Shown one piece after another: positions 31,239-41,103 of a stretch of 64,000 nt of DNA. The stretch covers positions 1-64,000 of the IMG/VR virus record IMGVR_UViG_3300042319_002356. The stretch is one strand, 5' to 3'. The DNA is from a virus. Numbering within the stretch: position 1 is the first letter of the stretch; every line of letters begins with the position of its first letter. Made by a program: the position numbers and the translations under genes. Below the pieces are notes generated by a model. The model saw only the letters and a program-made list of their open reading frames with translations, was not told the DNA's origin and made no database searches.

Positions 31239-32078
31239 ATGCTGTCATACATCGGTGGAAAAAGTAAAATTGGTAAATGGATTGTTCCATTCTACCCAAA
31301 AGATATGGAGACATATGTTGAAACATTTGGTGGAATGTTTTGGTGTTTCTATAATATGAATTTAAAAGATTACCCAAATCTAAAAAGAGTTGTTTATAAC
31401 GACTTCAATCCATTAAACTACAACTTGTTTATGTGTTTACAAAACCCTAGTGTTTTGTTGTCCGCAATCAATTCAATTCCCTGCCAACAGATGGGTGAGG
31501 AAGTTACTCCATCAATTTATAAAGAACAATTTCAATCATTCCAGAAGGAGATATTTGGGGAGGGATTTACAATTAACTATCCTGATTATGATGTTGCTGC
31601 AAAATATGCGTATGTCCTAACTCAAGTATTCAGTGGTTCCAAACCTGAGACATCTTCATTTATTGATTTAAAAGGGAAGTACAAATCAAAATATCTTACA
31701 TTCAGAGATAAGTTGTCTAAACCAGAATGGGTTGAACACTTTAATAAGATTAGTCATTTCAGATTGGGTGACTTTGAAGATGTTATTAAAGAGTTTGATA
31801 GTCCAACAACTTATTTTTATGTTGACCCACCCTATTGGAAGACTGAGAATTACTACTCAAATCACGACTTTGATAGAGAGGACCATGAAAGATTAGCTAA
31901 TTGTTTAAAAAATATTCAAGGTAAGTTTTCATTATCATATTACGATTTCGTACTTTTGCACGAATGGTTTCCCGAAGACCAATATAAGTGGGAGAAGAAA
32001 CAATTTGCAAAGGCGGCCGCCGCAAAGAAAGGAACTACTCAAAATATGGGGGAAGAACTGTTAATTATGAACTATTGA
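31239..32078 (+). CDS. DNA adenine methyltransferase (Dam/D12 family)
   Basis: YIGGKSK, YVETFGG, VYNDFN and YVDPPY motifs. Confidence 0.9.
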   Translation: MLSYIGGKSKIGKWIVPFYPKDMETYVETFGGMFWCFYNMNLKDYPNLKRVVYNDFNPLNYNLFMCLQNPSVLLSAINSIPCQQMGEEVTPSIYKEQFQSFQKEIFGEGFTINYPDYDVAAKYAYVLTQVFSGSKPETSSFIDLKGKYKSKYLTFRDKLSKPEWVEHFNKISHFRLGDFEDVIKEFDSPTTYFYVDPPYWKTENYYSNHDFDREDHERLANCLKNIQGKFSLSYYDFVLLHEWFPEDQYKWEKKQFAKAAAAKKGTTQNMGEELLIMNY

Positions 32079-32101
32079 TATATTTATATAAAAAAAATAA
32101 T

Positions 32102-33946
32102 ATGAAATTACTTGATACTCTCAAAAAAAACATTATTCTAGAAGTTTCTGAAAAAGTTAAGAAACAACTTATTGATAGATACAAGAATGTTGAGAATGTA
32201 ACTGATGATGAAGATACAATCGTGTCATATTTAAATGACTTTGAAAAATATAAAAACGGATTACCATCTGATAAAAGAGATTTGACAAGGAGAGATTTCA
32301 CTTATGCCGAATTAAAATCTTTAATTGATGGTAAGAGACAAACAAAAACGACTGGTGACTTATTTACCGACTTTAAAGAGAAGGCGAAAGAAAGAGGAGA
32401 GAAAGTAAGTGACTCGGAACTTAGAATGTTGTTGAAGAAATTCAATGAGGTTAAGTCAAAATTACCTGAGAAGTATCAAAACCCTTTGAAATTCAAATAT
32501 TTGGATTTAGTAAAGTTGATTGGTGAAACTTATCAAAAATTAATTACACCTATCTTGTTGGAAAAATTCAAGAAAGAGAATAGTAATTTGACTGATGACC
32601 AAATATTATTTTATATTACCCAATATTTAGAAATTTATCCTGAAATTCCATTTAAAACCAAACCGGCAAATCAAATGTCATTTACCGAGTTTGAGCATTT
32701 GATTGATGGAATTATGGCTAAAAAATCTCCAAAAGAAAGAGAATCTAATTCTGATATTGAAGCTATCCCAACTGTGTATAAGGATAATAACCTAACGATT
32801 TTTGCACCGAAGAAGAAAAACGAATGTATTACACTACAACACGGAAGAAGTTGGTGTACAAGTAGAATGGGTGGAGGTAATTTGTATTACAACTATCGTT
32901 TAGGTAATGAGAGAACATTGTATTATGTTGTTGATGAAGATTTACCATATGATGATTTGAATTTTGCGTCAGTAATTCTTGTTGACCCTTATGGTGGTAT
33001 GGCACTCGCTGATGGCTCAAACTCTGGAAAATATAGTGGACACCAAAATGTTCCGTGGAGTGATATCATTTCAAAAATACCTAAGTTAAAAGGATTACAG
33101 GATTTGTTAAAACCTGAACCATTAACTGCCGAAGAAAAAGAGTTAATTAGAAAATACCAAAGTGTTAGAGTTCCTGATGATAGAGAATTAAGTACTCTTG
33201 GAGACGACAAAGATATTGAATTGTGGATGGAGGTTAATAGCCCAAGAATTTCAAGTTTTCAATATTCAAATCTTTCTTCGGAATTACAGAAAAAATATAT
33301 CGCACTTGGATTTGATTTAAATTCTGAACAAATCCAATCATCAAAACCTGAAGTTTTAAAATACTACATTAGTAAAAAAGTTGAAAGTATTAAAACTAAA
33401 GGATTAGGTTCATTAACTGAACAAGATATTGCATTATTGAATACTCCGGTATTAGCAAAATTAAAAGAGGAATTAAAACCAAAATTGGGTCAATCATTAA
33501 CTGCTGGTAAAGGTGAATTATTGGAAGTTGAATTCCCAAGAAGTGATAACTCTAAATTTGTTGCACTATATGGGTTTAATGAACTATTTGAAATGGCTGA
33601 CCCAAATGTTGATTCAATCATGATTACTAATAAGAGTGATGTGAAAATGGCATTTGACATTCCACCATCAATTGGAAGATTTACAAAGGCTGACTCTATC
33701 TTCTTTAGTAATATTATTAAAAGTTTACCTGAAGAAATTGCCCAATGTACACAGTTGAATTTCTTATCGTTACCTGATAACAAATCTTTGGAGACGTTAC
33801 CTTGGAATGCGATTAATTCAATTGAATCATTAGGTTTCTTGAATTTAGATGGTAATTCTAATTTGGAACTTCCTGAAGAATTCCATAGAAATTGGAAGAG
33901 TGGTGACTTTTCAAACGAAGGATTCTATATTAGAAACGAAGATTAA
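32102..33946 (+). CDS. Large phage protein with WC..Y module and C-terminal leucine-rich repeats
   Basis: GRSWCTS...YYNY...LYYVVD; C-terminal IPPSIGRF..SLPEEIAQCTQLNFLSL..N..LETLP LRRs; start at ATG 32102. Confidence 0.65.
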   Translation: MKLLDTLKKNIILEVSEKVKKQLIDRYKNVENVTDDEDTIVSYLNDFEKYKNGLPSDKRDLTRRDFTYAELKSLIDGKRQTKTTGDLFTDFKEKAKERGEKVSDSELRMLLKKFNEVKSKLPEKYQNPLKFKYLDLVKLIGETYQKLITPILLEKFKKENSNLTDDQILFYITQYLEIYPEIPFKTKPANQMSFTEFEHLIDGIMAKKSPKERESNSDIEAIPTVYKDNNLTIFAPKKKNECITLQHGRSWCTSRMGGGNLYYNYRLGNERTLYYVVDEDLPYDDLNFASVILVDPYGGMALADGSNSGKYSGHQNVPWSDIISKIPKLKGLQDLLKPEPLTAEEKELIRKYQSVRVPDDRELSTLGDDKDIELWMEVNSPRISSFQYSNLSSELQKKYIALGFDLNSEQIQSSKPEVLKYYISKKVESIKTKGLGSLTEQDIALLNTPVLAKLKEELKPKLGQSLTAGKGELLEVEFPRSDNSKFVALYGFNELFEMADPNVDSIMITNKSDVKMAFDIPPSIGRFTKADSIFFSNIIKSLPEEIAQCTQLNFLSLPDNKSLETLPWNAINSIESLGFLNLDGNSNLELPEEFHRNWKSGDFSNEGFYIRNED

Positions 33947-33991
33947 TAATTATTTGGTTAATTGACTAAACTTTTTTATTTTTGTAAAAAA

Positions 33992-34279
33992 ATGGCAAGA
34001 ATGAAAAACATAGATGTTGAAATTTACTTTAGTCAGTTGCATAGTTTCTTTGAAAATAATCCTAACGATTTAATATCCCTTATCGGAAAATCCGATAGGG
34101 ATATTTTTTATGAAAAACTTAAAGACCTTGCATATACCAATTACGAGAATGGTGATGATATTACTTTAACTAACCAACAGTTAATGGGTGTTGTATTGGA
34201 AGTGTTAGATATTAATAGGGAGAAACCTGTTGACAAAACTTTTTTTGAAACAAAATTAGGAAAAGTTTGTATGAATTGA
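33992..34279 (+). CDS. Hypothetical protein
   Basis: ORF preceded by TTTG-N20-TATTTTTG. Confidence 0.6.
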   Translation: MARMKNIDVEIYFSQLHSFFENNPNDLISLIGKSDRDIFYEKLKDLAYTNYENGDDITLTNQQLMGVVLEVLDINREKPVDKTFFETKLGKVCMN

Positions 34280-34296
34280 TTTTTTGCTTATCTTTG
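34266..34296 (+). promoter_or_regulatory. Bacteroidota-type promoter
   Basis: TTTG 34266-69, N19, TATCTTTG 34289-96. Confidence 0.7.
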
Positions 34297-34333
34297 TACT
34301 CACAAAACAAGTAAATAATCTAAAATAAACAAT

Positions 34334-35092
34334 ATGAACACACCAATTTCTTTTGACAACTTAAAGACAATCTGTCCAGCAGCATTCGCAACAAAACCTT
34401 CTGACAAGGTTTCAGACAAGTATTCATTCGTTCCAACAGTTGAAGTAATTGAGAACTTCCAAAAAGAAGGGTGGAATGTGTTTTCAGCACAACAAAGAGG
34501 TAGTGGTTCATATGGAAGACATATGATTCGTCTTCGTAACGGTGACCTCCCACAAGTTGGAGACTCTTTGATTGAAGCAATCATTACGAACTCACACGAC
34601 GGAACTGCTAAGTTGAATATTAGTTCAGGTTTGTATCGTTTGGTTTGTTCTAACGGTTTGGTAATCCCACAAGGTGTATTTGAATCAATTCAAGTTTTAC
34701 ACAAGAACATTGAGTTCCAAGACGTTAAAGAAATCAGTAATCAAATCTCTGAAACTTTACCACTCATTCAAGGTTCAATGAAGACAATGCAAGAGCGTAT
34801 CTTGACTTTTGATGAGAAGCGTGATTTCGCAAAAGAAGCGATTGAGTTACGTTGGGAAAACAACAAGAATGTTAAAAACATTTCTTTGAACGATATGATT
34901 ATCCCAAAACGTCAAGATGACATGGGTGATGATATGTGGAGAGTATTTAACGTGGTTCAAGAGAAATTGGTTCGTGGAGGTTTGATTTACAAAACCGACT
35001 CAGGTAGAAATGTCCGCACTCGTCAGTTGACAGATGTGGTAGGTAACACCAAGTTTAACCGTGAATTGTGGGAGTTGGCATCATCTTATTGA
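34334..35092 (+). CDS. DUF932/DUF945 family protein
   Basis: SDKYSFVPT, HMIRLR, NSHDG, GLYRLVCSNGLV, W..FNVVQE, N..LW motifs. Confidence 0.85.
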   Translation: MNTPISFDNLKTICPAAFATKPSDKVSDKYSFVPTVEVIENFQKEGWNVFSAQQRGSGSYGRHMIRLRNGDLPQVGDSLIEAIITNSHDGTAKLNISSGLYRLVCSNGLVIPQGVFESIQVLHKNIEFQDVKEISNQISETLPLIQGSMKTMQERILTFDEKRDFAKEAIELRWENNKNVKNISLNDMIIPKRQDDMGDDMWRVFNVVQEKLVRGGLIYKTDSGRNVRTRQLTDVVGNTKFNRELWELASSY

Positions 35093-35121
35093 TGCCACCC
35101 CTTCACTAAAAAATTAAAATT

Positions 35122-35361
35122 ATGAAAGCAAAGTTAGAATTTGATTTGGATGATGTTGATGATAGAATGGCACACTTACGTTGTGTCAAATCAACAGATA
35201 TGGCGTTGGTTTTGTGGGAAATGTCATTGAATATGCGTAAAAGAGTTACATCGGGTTATGATGAAAAGGATGACTTTTACAGAGGTGTGGATGCGGTATT
35301 TGAAAGATACAATGAGTTAATGCAAGAACATAATTTAGACCCTGAAGAATTAATAAGATGA
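35122..35361 (+). CDS. Hypothetical protein
   Basis: MKAKLEFDL start, a common type of small phage protein. Confidence 0.6.
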   Translation: MKAKLEFDLDDVDDRMAHLRCVKSTDMALVLWEMSLNMRKRVTSGYDEKDDFYRGVDAVFERYNELMQEHNLDPEELIR

Positions 35362-35966
35362 ACATAAAATTCAAGGATACTTTTTTTGAAAGTTTCAAAA
35401 GAATGATTAATCGGGAAAGATGGTATTGGAAAACTTGGGACTTGTTCAGATATGACATCCCAAGATTTTTCCGTAACCTGTGGTTATTCCGTAAAAACTT
35501 ATGGAATCACACCTGGTATAATGGTGACAGTTCGGTTTTGCCTTGGGTTAAAACTGCTGTTGATGATATGGCTTGGAGAATTGAAAAATATGGGCACGAG
35601 GTTGATGAAAGTCGTTTGAAGAAAGTTGCGAAGATGAGACGATTATCTTATTTGATTGATGTTTGTGTCAATGACACTTTCATTGAGGAGGCGGAAAAAG
35701 AGTTGGGATTTGAGTATGTTTATTACCCATTTGAGTTTGAAGAAATTTCAGGTAGTGAAGATTTATACCAATTAAAACAAAATGAAAACCCAACGGACAA
35801 AGAGAATAATTCAAAAATTCTTAAACGGTCTCATCAGATTCAAAAAGAATATTGGGAGGAACTATGTGCAATTATCAAAGGACCTGACTACGATGAATTA
35901 AGAAACTCTGAGGAAGGTTGGGATGAAAAATACGATGGAAGTGACCTAAGAGCTTGGTGGGACTAA
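35358..35966 (+). CDS. Hypothetical phage protein ending WWD
   Basis: ATGA coupling; Trp-rich. Confidence 0.65.
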   Translation: MNIKFKDTFFESFKRMINRERWYWKTWDLFRYDIPRFFRNLWLFRKNLWNHTWYNGDSSVLPWVKTAVDDMAWRIEKYGHEVDESRLKKVAKMRRLSYLIDVCVNDTFIEEAEKELGFEYVYYPFEFEEISGSEDLYQLKQNENPTDKENNSKILKRSHQIQKEYWEELCAIIKGPDYDELRNSEEGWDEKYDGSDLRAWWD

Positions 35967-35981
35967 TCAAAACTAAATAAT

Positions 35982-36167
35982 ATGAGTGGACACAGTATGA
36001 GAATGTTGGAGGATTTTCTTCAACAGAAGAAAAAAACCGCAGAAGGATTAATGAGTAAAACTAGCCAAAAGGACTATTTTAGAGGTCAAGTTGAAATGAT
36101 TGATGAAATTTTATCGGATATTAAGAAAAAACCCACACCTTTTAATCCATGGCTGATGCCGTTCTAA
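35982..36167 (+). CDS. Hypothetical protein
   Basis: 61-aa ORF. Confidence 0.5.
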   Translation: MSGHSMRMLEDFLQQKKKTAEGLMSKTSQKDYFRGQVEMIDEILSDIKKKPTPFNPWLMPF

Positions 36168-36189
36168 AATTTTGCCTTATCTTTGTGGT

Positions 36190-36672
36190 ATGGATAACGA
36201 ACTAAAATACATACCAACAAAGGAAGCGATTATTGGATACGGTGATTCATTAATTGCGAAAGGGGAAAGTAATGATTGTGTTGTTAGAGCTATATCATCA
36301 GCATTTCAAATGCATTATGACAGAGCTCACGAATTTGTTAAAGAAAAGTTTGGTCGTGAAAACCGAAAAGGAACAAGATTCTTTGTTGGTGGGATGCGAC
36401 GTATGGAAGATGATGGACAGGATATTAATTTAAAGTCATTTGAAAGTATGGGTGACCAACGAGGACATATGGGTTATGATGTTATTGTAAAAGGTCAAAC
36501 CGTTAAACGTAAAATGACAACTGGTACATTCATTAAGAAATATTCTGTTGGGAAGTATCTTGTAGTTGTTCGTGGTCACGCTTTCTCCATTATTGACGGT
36601 AATGTTGTTGGTAACCAAGAGGACGCTAAAATGAAAAAAAGAGTTATTAATCACGCATTTAAGGTATTATAA
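36190..36672 (+). CDS. Putative papain-like Cys-His protein
   Basis: NDCVVRAI ... GHAFSIIDG; ATG 4 nt after TATCTTTG. Confidence 0.5.
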   Translation: MDNELKYIPTKEAIIGYGDSLIAKGESNDCVVRAISSAFQMHYDRAHEFVKEKFGRENRKGTRFFVGGMRRMEDDGQDINLKSFESMGDQRGHMGYDVIVKGQTVKRKMTTGTFIKKYSVGKYLVVVRGHAFSIIDGNVVGNQEDAKMKKRVINHAFKVL

Positions 36673-36673
36673 T

Positions 36674-37276
36674 ATGATTGACAATTTAGAACAAATAAAA
36701 CAATTGTTGAATTTTGAAAACGATGGGGACTTTTATATGCTCTATGTCCTCAAAAGGAAGAAAGACCAACCTGAAGGTGAGAGAGATAATCATCAGTCAG
36801 TAAGAACTATCAAAACTTATTGTGTTGATAGTATTGAGTATTTGGAAAAACGATATGATGAGATTAAACAACTTTGTGAGATGTTTAAAGCTCGGGCGTA
36901 TATCCATGTTCAAAAACAAAACCATAAGGATGTTTCATTAGAAATGATGATGTCCTTAGCTGAAAGAATTAAAAACGGACAACACATTCAGAAAGGATTG
37001 TTTGATTCGGTTGTTGGACAAATTAAGACTCACGAAAAAAGGTGGATTGTTGATATTGATACTAAAGACAATAAAGAAATTTTAAATATTAAGTTAAAGA
37101 TTGATAGTTGCCAACCTTTTGGAAAGGATAAAATAATTTCTGAAATCCCAACCAAAAACGGATATCATCTAATTACTGATAGATTTGACATCGTGGAATT
37201 TATGAAAGTATTTCCTGATGTTGATGTCCAAAAGAAAAACCCAACTTTGTTATTTTTACCTGAAAGTTTGAGTTAA
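36674..37276 (+). CDS. Hypothetical protein with AEP (prim-pol)-like motifs
   Basis: WIVDID (DxD) and PTKNGYHLI (GxH). Confidence 0.5.
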   Translation: MIDNLEQIKQLLNFENDGDFYMLYVLKRKKDQPEGERDNHQSVRTIKTYCVDSIEYLEKRYDEIKQLCEMFKARAYIHVQKQNHKDVSLEMMMSLAERIKNGQHIQKGLFDSVVGQIKTHEKRWIVDIDTKDNKEILNIKLKIDSCQPFGKDKIISEIPTKNGYHLITDRFDIVEFMKVFPDVDVQKKNPTLLFLPESLS

Positions 37277-37294
37277 ATTTATTATCTTTGTCAA

Positions 37295-38356
37295 ATGAAT
37301 GAAGTATTGAACAAATATTTTGAGGAAGGGTTGGTGTATAAACAAATACATCCGACTCTTCCTTTGACTATATGGAATTATTCTGAAAAAGTTCAGTATG
37401 ACGGACTTTTTGATGATGTAACCCTACAAACTCGTGGATTAGTTACTGATGCAAATGGGTCAGTCGTTGCCCGACCATTTCGTAAGTTCTTCAATATGGA
37501 AGAAGGGAAACATACCGCAACTCCTGACTTTGATGTTTATGATAAGATGGATGGGTCTTTGGGTATATTATTCAATTACGAAGGTGAATGGATAATGGCG
37601 ACTCGTGGGTCTTTCACTTCTGACCAAGCGGTTAGGGGATTTGAAATGTTGAAGAACTATGACTACGAGAAACTTCACAAAGGTTACACTTACTTATTTG
37701 AGATAATATATAATGAGAACCGTATAGTGGTAAAATATCCATTTGAAGATTTGGTATTACTTGGAATGATAGAGACCAAAACCGGATACGAAGTTGATTT
37801 GTATGGTGAAGGAAATGATGTTAGATTGAAGAACTTAATATCTAATCTTGGTTTCAAAGTCGTCAAAAAATATGATGGAATACTGGATTATACCGAATTG
37901 AAAGGTATGATAGGTAATGACGAAGAAGGATTTGTTGTTCGTTTCTCTAATGGAGACAGAATGAAGATAAAGGGTGAGGAGTATCTTCGTCTTCATAAGA
38001 TAATGACCAATGTATCTACCACTGCGATATGGGAAATGTTGAGTGAGGGTAAGGATGTATTGGAATTATTGAAAGATGTTCCTGATGAATTTTATCAAAA
38101 GATAAAGATGTATGTTTCTGATTTAAGATATAATCACTATCGTTATTGGGACTATGCTGGGAAGATACATCAGTATTTCAGATATGGTAAGTATAATGAT
38201 AGAGACCCTGAGCCAACCAAGAAAGAATTTGCCTTACATTTGCAAGAATGTGGAACTCACCCAAAGATAAAAGCATTATGTTTTTTGATGTGGGATGGTA
38301 AAAATGTTGATAAAGTAATATGGAATTATTTAAAACCTGAATATAAAAAATTATGA
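37295..38356 (+). CDS. RNA ligase, T4 Rnl1-like
   Basis: RGLV, ARPFRKFFN, motif I KMDGSLG, LFEII, EEGFVV, MKIKGEEY. Confidence 0.88.
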   Translation: MNEVLNKYFEEGLVYKQIHPTLPLTIWNYSEKVQYDGLFDDVTLQTRGLVTDANGSVVARPFRKFFNMEEGKHTATPDFDVYDKMDGSLGILFNYEGEWIMATRGSFTSDQAVRGFEMLKNYDYEKLHKGYTYLFEIIYNENRIVVKYPFEDLVLLGMIETKTGYEVDLYGEGNDVRLKNLISNLGFKVVKKYDGILDYTELKGMIGNDEEGFVVRFSNGDRMKIKGEEYLRLHKIMTNVSTTAIWEMLSEGKDVLELLKDVPDEFYQKIKMYVSDLRYNHYRYWDYAGKIHQYFRYGKYNDRDPEPTKKEFALHLQECGTHPKIKALCFLMWDGKNVDKVIWNYLKPEYKKL

Positions 38357-38643
38357 AAAAAGATGTGAATTTTGGAACACCTATAGTTGTGTTTATGTTA
38401 ATATTGTTTTTGTTTGTTTTTGTCGGTTTATTCTTAAAAGAAAATAGTCGGACAAAGGTAACACACGTCACCAGGGAAAAACATTTGGTAACAAATGTTA
38501 AAAGGCATATTCCTCGTAGTGTTCAGGATGAAATGAATCTGTATTATGATGTAACAATTGACGATACCAACACTTTCAAAACATTGCATCACTATCAGGT
38601 TGGTGATACAATTTATTTTGAAATTTATAAGATTAATAAGTAA
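38353..38643 (+). CDS. Membrane-anchored hypothetical protein
   Basis: N-terminal TM helix. Confidence 0.6.
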   Translation: MKKDVNFGTPIVVFMLILFLFVFVGLFLKENSRTKVTHVTREKHLVTNVKRHIPRSVQDEMNLYYDVTIDDTNTFKTLHHYQVGDTIYFEIYKINK

Positions 38644-38646
38644 GAT

Positions 38647-38907
38647 ATGAAAGTAAGTATGAACGGACTGAGAAATCAGTTATTGAGAAATTACAACTCT
38701 TTGGTTTATAAGTTAAACAAAAGAATTGATGGTGAGGATATCAATGACTTAGAAGTTTATGACATCCAACGAGAGTTAGAAGGACTCAGAAGTTGTATTG
38801 TTACACTTGCTTTTACATCTATGGAAGGTGATGACGGATGGGATTCTATGGATGAAAATACATATTTTGAACAATTTAATCCTGAAGAAGATTTGGTTGA
38901 AGAATAA
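38647..38907 (+). CDS. Hypothetical protein
   Basis: 86-aa ORF. Confidence 0.55.
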   Translation: MKVSMNGLRNQLLRNYNSLVYKLNKRIDGEDINDLEVYDIQRELEGLRSCIVTLAFTSMEGDDGWDSMDENTYFEQFNPEEDLVEE

Positions 38908-38923
38908 TTTTGTTGTATCTTTG
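38892..38923 (+). promoter_or_regulatory. Bacteroidota-type promoter, near-leaderless
   Basis: TTTG-N20-TATCTTTG; ATG 4 nt later. Confidence 0.7.
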
Positions 38924-38927
38924 CACT

Positions 38928-39626
38928 ATGATATTAAAAATTGAAAAAGATAGTAACGGAATATTCCCAAACATTTGGATATGTTCTGACCCGCATTATA
39001 ATCACAAGAACATTTGTCGTGGAACTACTAACTGGAGGACACTTGATAACGAGGTTCCTGTTGAACAAACTCGTGACTTTGATACACTTGAAAGAATGAA
39101 CCAATCAATCCTTGATGGAATAAATTGGAATGTTGGACAGGATGATGTGTTGATTTGTCTTGGTGACTGGTCATTTGGTGGATTTGAGTTTATCAAACAA
39201 TTCCGTGATAGAATTGTGTGTAAGAATGTTCACTTGGTTTTAGGTAATCACGACCAGCATATTGAGAGAAACAAGGAGAATAGTCGGTCATTGTTTAGTT
39301 CCGTATCTGAGTATCTACGAATTGTTGTGATGGAACCAATCAAAAAAGGTCAAACCAAACGACAAGAGTTCGTATGTATGCACTACCCAATCCAAAGTTG
39401 GGATGGGATGAATAAAGGTATTCCTCACTTACACGGACACGTTCACTTACCAAATGAAAGAAAGTTCGGTAATGGAAAAAAAATGGATGTTGGTTTTGAT
39501 GGACATCCTGAATTTCGTCCTTATAATTTGTTGAGGGAAATTGTCCCGTTAATGAAAAATCGTGAGCAGTTGTCAGATATGCCAAATGACCACCACCTTG
39601 AAAGATTGTTAAACTCTGATAAATAA
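38928..39626 (+). CDS. Calcineurin-like metallophosphoesterase
   Basis: SDPHYNH, LGDW, GNHD, HYP, LHGHVH; start 4 nt after TATCTTTG. Confidence 0.85.
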   Translation: MILKIEKDSNGIFPNIWICSDPHYNHKNICRGTTNWRTLDNEVPVEQTRDFDTLERMNQSILDGINWNVGQDDVLICLGDWSFGGFEFIKQFRDRIVCKNVHLVLGNHDQHIERNKENSRSLFSSVSEYLRIVVMEPIKKGQTKRQEFVCMHYPIQSWDGMNKGIPHLHGHVHLPNERKFGNGKKMDVGFDGHPEFRPYNLLREIVPLMKNREQLSDMPNDHHLERLLNSDK

Positions 39627-39629
39627 GTT

Positions 39630-39782
39630 ATGACTGAACAAGAAATGGTAAGTGAAATCATTAGGATTGAAACGATATGTACTAGAGCCGTCCTTCAAGG
39701 GCATAAAGCATCTAACGATGACGTATATCAACCATTAAGAGAAAAAGCTAAACATTATAGAGAAAAATTAGGAATAAAATGA
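39630..39782 (+). CDS. Small hypothetical protein (50 aa, not in track)
   Basis: Manual translation MTEQEMVSEIIRIETIC...; ATGA coupling to the next ORF. Confidence 0.5.
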   Translation: MTEQEMVSEIIRIETICTRAVLQGHKASNDDVYQPLREKAKHYREKLGIK

Positions 39783-39940
39783 AAATAATACCATTCTTTG
39801 AAACAACCTGGGACGAGGACTTTAAACAAGTTGTTCTTATACCAACAATATTCCTAACCAAAAGTTACGGAACTAGATATAACATTGGAATTAATTTTTT
39901 ATGTTTTGACTTTGGACTATGGATACTCATAAGAAAATAA
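39779..39940 (+). CDS. Small hypothetical protein (53 aa, not in track)
   Basis: Manual translation MKIIPFFETTWDEDFKQVVLIPTIF... Confidence 0.5.
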   Translation: MKIIPFFETTWDEDFKQVVLIPTIFLTKSYGTRYNIGINFLCFDFGLWILIRK

Positions 39941-40320
39941 ATGAGATTAAGGACTTAAAGGGTAATTATGAATATTACCTTACCATTGGTAAACTTAGGA
40001 AGTTTTTACAGGAACATCCTGAATTACCCGACGATGCTCTTGTCCTTTCCCAAAGAGTTGAAGATGTTTATTATGAACAACACGGATGGGGCGTGGTGTT
40101 GAAAGAAGGTGACCATTATGATATGGTTAAAACCCACAACATTAGAATGGAAGAGGAAATCCGTAGGAGAAAGAACGGAGAACACCCAAAGTATGATATG
40201 GAAGACCCTTCACAATACATTCAGGAATTGACCGATGATTTAAAAGACCAATACCATCCTGTATTTTCTTGTACGAAATATAAAGATGATGATAATCTTT
40301 ATTTGTATTTACACTATTAA
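39919..40320 (+). CDS. Hypothetical protein
   Basis: 133-aa ORF. Confidence 0.6.
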   Translation: MDTHKKINEIKDLKGNYEYYLTIGKLRKFLQEHPELPDDALVLSQRVEDVYYEQHGWGVVLKEGDHYDMVKTHNIRMEEEIRRRKNGEHPKYDMEDPSQYIQELTDDLKDQYHPVFSCTKYKDDDNLYLYLHY

Positions 40321-40332
40321 TTTATATATTTG
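40302..40332 (+). promoter_or_regulatory. Bacteroidota-type promoter, near-leaderless
   Basis: TTTG-N19-TATATTTG; ATG 4 nt later. Confidence 0.7.
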
Positions 40333-40336
40333 CAAT

Positions 40337-40723
40337 ATGAAAACACTTTATTTAGTTAGAGGATTACCAGGAAGTGGTAAAAGTACATTTGCACAATCAT
40401 TAGATTGTCCTGTATTTGAAGCGGATATGTTTTTTGTAAACTCACAAGGGGTCTATAACTTTGACTTCACTAAGATTAAAGATGCTCACGCTTGGTGTCA
40501 GGAAATGGTTGAGGACCATATGTTTAACCAACACGAGAAGATTGCGGTATCAAACACTTTCACACAAGAATGGGAAATGAAAGCGTATTATGATATGGCA
40601 AAAACTTATGGTTATACCGTATTTTCAATCATTGTTGAAAACAGACACGGAGGTGAGAATGTTCACGGAGTTCCTGCAGATAAGTTAGAAGTAATGAAAA
40701 ACAGATTTGAAGTTCAGTTATAA
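40337..40723 (+). CDS. P-loop kinase (AAA_33 / polynucleotide kinase-like)
   Basis: LVRGLPGSGKST, EADMFF, VSNTF, NVHGVP; start 4 nt after TATATTTG. Confidence 0.85.
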   Translation: MKTLYLVRGLPGSGKSTFAQSLDCPVFEADMFFVNSQGVYNFDFTKIKDAHAWCQEMVEDHMFNQHEKIAVSNTFTQEWEMKAYYDMAKTYGYTVFSIIVENRHGGENVHGVPADKLEVMKNRFEVQL

Positions 40724-41049
40724 TGAAAAAGGAATACATTACCTGTTCTGCGATATGGTATAAAGATTTACCAACACAGACATTTCTACCAAAGAATATT
40801 GATAAAGGTGTTGTTGTTTGTGGTCATCGTCACGGACATTGTATTGACATAATGAAAACACTTGGACAATTACGAAGTGTGGTTAATGGTCCTGATTCGG
40901 TTGGTGAATATGAGCAAGGTTTCTTATCAAACCTTAATAAATTCTACGACAGGTTTGAAGCGATGAGGATTGCAATTGATGCTGGTCAGGTGGAATACGA
41001 TAAACTATATAACCCATTAATAGGATTATTCTCTGAAGATTTATATTAA
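40723..41049 (+). CDS. Conserved phage hypothetical protein
   Basis: CSAIW, CGHRHGHC, EQGF, LFSEDLY. Confidence 0.6.
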   Translation: MKKEYITCSAIWYKDLPTQTFLPKNIDKGVVVCGHRHGHCIDIMKTLGQLRSVVNGPDSVGEYEQGFLSNLNKFYDRFEAMRIAIDAGQVEYDKLYNPLIGLFSEDLY

Positions 41050-41052
41050 GTT

Positions 41053-41080
41053 AAACCCCTCACTTTTGAGGGGTTTTTTG
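41053..41080 (+). terminator. Rho-independent terminator upstream of the signalling cassette
   Basis: aaacccctca-cttt-tgaggggttt followed by ttt. Confidence 0.85.
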
Positions 41081-41091
41081 TTTATTTCAAG

Positions 41092-41098
41092 TATTTAT
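41092..41098 (+). promoter_or_regulatory. TATTTAT motif (putative phage late promoter) before the signalling cassette
   Basis: Directly after a terminator, 5 nt before ATG 41104. Confidence 0.5.
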
Positions 41099-41103
41099 CA
41101 AAT

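Noticed and set aside
35076-35097. Hairpin tggcatca-tcttat-tgatgcca at the DUF932 stop
   Set aside because: No following U-tract, so not called as a terminator; it may be a stability hairpin.
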